Part shown: positions 62,663-64,000 of the stretch, piece after piece
Numbering within the stretch: position 1 is the stretch's first letter
How the letters are laid out: each line of letters begins with the position of its first letter
Origin: an uncultured Actinomycetota bacterium
GTDB taxonomy: Bacteria > Actinomycetota > Actinomycetes > Propionibacteriales > Propionibacteriaceae
Direction: 5' to 3'
DNA length: 64,000 nt
Assembly: GCA_963794405.1 (NCBI GenBank)
Contig: CAWCDP010000007.1
Span: 156,067-220,066, forward strand
Translations under genes and position numbers: made by a program
The notes under the pieces: model-generated
Told to the model about the DNA's origin: nothing
The model's database searches: none
The model's input: the letters and a program-made list of their open reading frames with translations, nothing else

Positions 62663-63595
62663 TCACGGCACCCGGTGACCGGCGGCGCGGAACAGCTCGT
62701 ACCACTCGGGCCGGGTCAGCGCGAGGTCCGAACCCTGCGCCGCGCCGGCGACCCGCTCGGGGGTCGTCGTGCCCAGCACCACCTGCATCTGGGCCGGATG
62801 GCGGGTGATCCACGCGGTCGCGATGGCGATCGGCGGGACGTCGTACTGCGCCGCCAACCGGTCGATCACCGCGTTGAGCTCGGGGTAGTCGTCGGAGCCG
62901 AGGAAGACGCCGTTGAAGAACCCCGCCTGGAACGGTGACCAGGCCTGGATGGTGATGTCGTGCAGGCGGCAGTAGTCGACGATGCCGCCGCCGTCCAGGG
63001 TCAGCGACTGGTCCTCGCCCAGCATGTTGGCCGCCACACCCTGGGCCACGATCGGCGCGTGGGTGATCGACAGCTGCAGCTGGTTGGCCACCAGCGGCTG
63101 GGTGACCGACTTCTTCAGCAGGTCGATCTGGCGCGGCGTCTGGTTCGACACCCCGAAGGCCCGGACCTTGCCGGCCGCCGACAGCTCGTCGAAGGCACGG
63201 GCGACCTCGTCCGGCTCGACCAGGGCGTCGGGCCGGTGCAGGAGCAGGATGTCGATGTAGTCGGTCTGCAGAGCCCGCAGCGACCCCTCCACCGAGCTGA
63301 TCAGGTGCTCGTAGGAGAAGTCGAAGTAGGGCCCGTCGCCGACGATGCCGGCCTTGGTCTGCAGGGTGATCTGCTCGCGCTCGGCCGAGGACAGCTGCAT
63401 CGCCTCGGCGAACCGGCGCTCGCACCCGTGGTCGCCGCCGTAGACGTCGGCGTGGTCGAAGAAGTCGATGCCGGCGTCGCGGGCGGTGCCCACCAGGGTC
63501 TTGACGGCGGCGTCGTCCATCTCGGCGATCCGCATCAGACCGAGGACGACGTTGGGCACCTGGGTGCCCGTGGTGCCGAGGGGGATGCTTCTCAT
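62663..63595 (-). CDS. aldo/keto reductase
   Basis: 310 aa with FFDHADVYG, the LHRPD-like motif LLHRPDAL, and QLQLS. Confidence 0.88.
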   Translation of the reverse strand: MRSIPLGTTGTQVPNVVLGLMRIAEMDDAAVKTLVGTARDAGIDFFDHADVYGGDHGCERRFAEAMQLSSAEREQITLQTKAGIVGDGPYFDFSYEHLISSVEGSLRALQTDYIDILLLHRPDALVEPDEVARAFDELSAAGKVRAFGVSNQTPRQIDLLKKSVTQPLVANQLQLSITHAPIVAQGVAANMLGEDQSLTLDGGGIVDYCRLHDITIQAWSPFQAGFFNGVFLGSDDYPELNAVIDRLAAQYDVPPIAIATAWITRHPAQMQVVLGTTTPERVAGAAQGSDLALTRPEWYELFRAAGHRVP

Positions 63596-64000
63596 GCCGA
63601 CACCGCCGATGCCTCGGTCGAGACGGCGTCGGTCAGCGACGCCACGTCGGCGGCGGACAGCTCGAGGTCGGCCGCTGCCGCGGAGTCGGTGATGCTGGCC
63701 GGCCGCGAGGACCCGGGGATCGGGATGACGACCGGCGCGAGCGCGAGCTCCCAGGCCAGGATGACCTGCTGCAGGCTGACACCGCGCTCGTCGGCGAGGC
63801 GGAGGAAAGCGGGGTGGCTCTCACCCACCGACGCGGTGCGCCCGATGCCGCCCAGCGGCGACCAGGGCAGGAAGGCGATCCCCAGCTCGGCGCAGTGGTC
63901 GAGCTCGCCGCGGCTGGAGGGGAAGGTCGGGGAGAACTGGTTCTGGACCGAGACCAGGCGTCCGCCCAGCACCTCGTTGGCCAGGTCGATCTGCGCGACC
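63592..64000 (-). CDS. aldo/keto reductase (5' end beyond the window)
   Basis: The visible part (VQNQFSP ... LPWSPLGG ... IPIPGSS) is the C-terminal half of an AKR. The listed M at 63972 is internal. Confidence 0.8.
   Translation of the reverse strand, partial: VAQIDLANEVLGGRLVSVQNQFSPTFPSSRGELDHCAELGIAFLPWSPLGGIGRTASVGESHPAFLRLADERGVSLQQVILAWELALAPVVIPIPGSSRPASITDSAAAADLELSAADVASLTDAVSTEASAVSA

Overview
Very GC-rich, densely coding chromosomal segment of an Actinomycetota genome. I cannot place it more precisely from sequence alone. About 60 genes are supported. Most start/stop junctions are 4-nt GTGA/ATGA overlaps, so most genes sit in tightly coupled operons. In order, the window holds: a trp block (trpB-trpC-two small membrane genes-trpE, with hisI coupled on top); a deacetylase, a TIGR03085-like gene and a secreted gamma-glutamyltransferase; a five-gene bioY/ECF operon with an acyl-adenylate ligase and a thiolase embedded in it; a divergent amidoligase cluster (GCS2::circularly permuted ATP-grasp fusion, AsnB-type amidotransferase, S9 peptidase); an arabinan/arabinoxylan utilisation locus (LacI, GH51, ABC importer, GH2, two GH43, alpha/beta hydrolase); gatCAB; ligA; a UdgX-type uracil-DNA glycosylase; mnmA and cysteine desulfurase; etfBA; a GlgE-pathway alpha-glucan cluster (glgX, glgE, maltokinase, glgB); and aldo/keto reductases. 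The signals least explained by ordinary annotation are four. First, the amidoligase trio has no known product. Second, a family of 51-52 bp tandem repeat arrays occurs at three intergenic sites, and two of the arrays form inverted flanks around a DUF559-type endonuclease-fold gene that splits the normally adjacent cysteine desulfurase-mnmA pair. Third, a duplicated 70-nt element lies upstream of gatC. Fourth, GlgB carries a Lys/Ala-rich histone-like tail. Three genes carry +1 frameshifts, each at a short G/C homopolymer, which looks more like assembly error than decay. No rRNA, tRNA, CRISPR array, transposase or integrase was seen. All calls come from reading the sequence and recalling family motifs. 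No database search was run.
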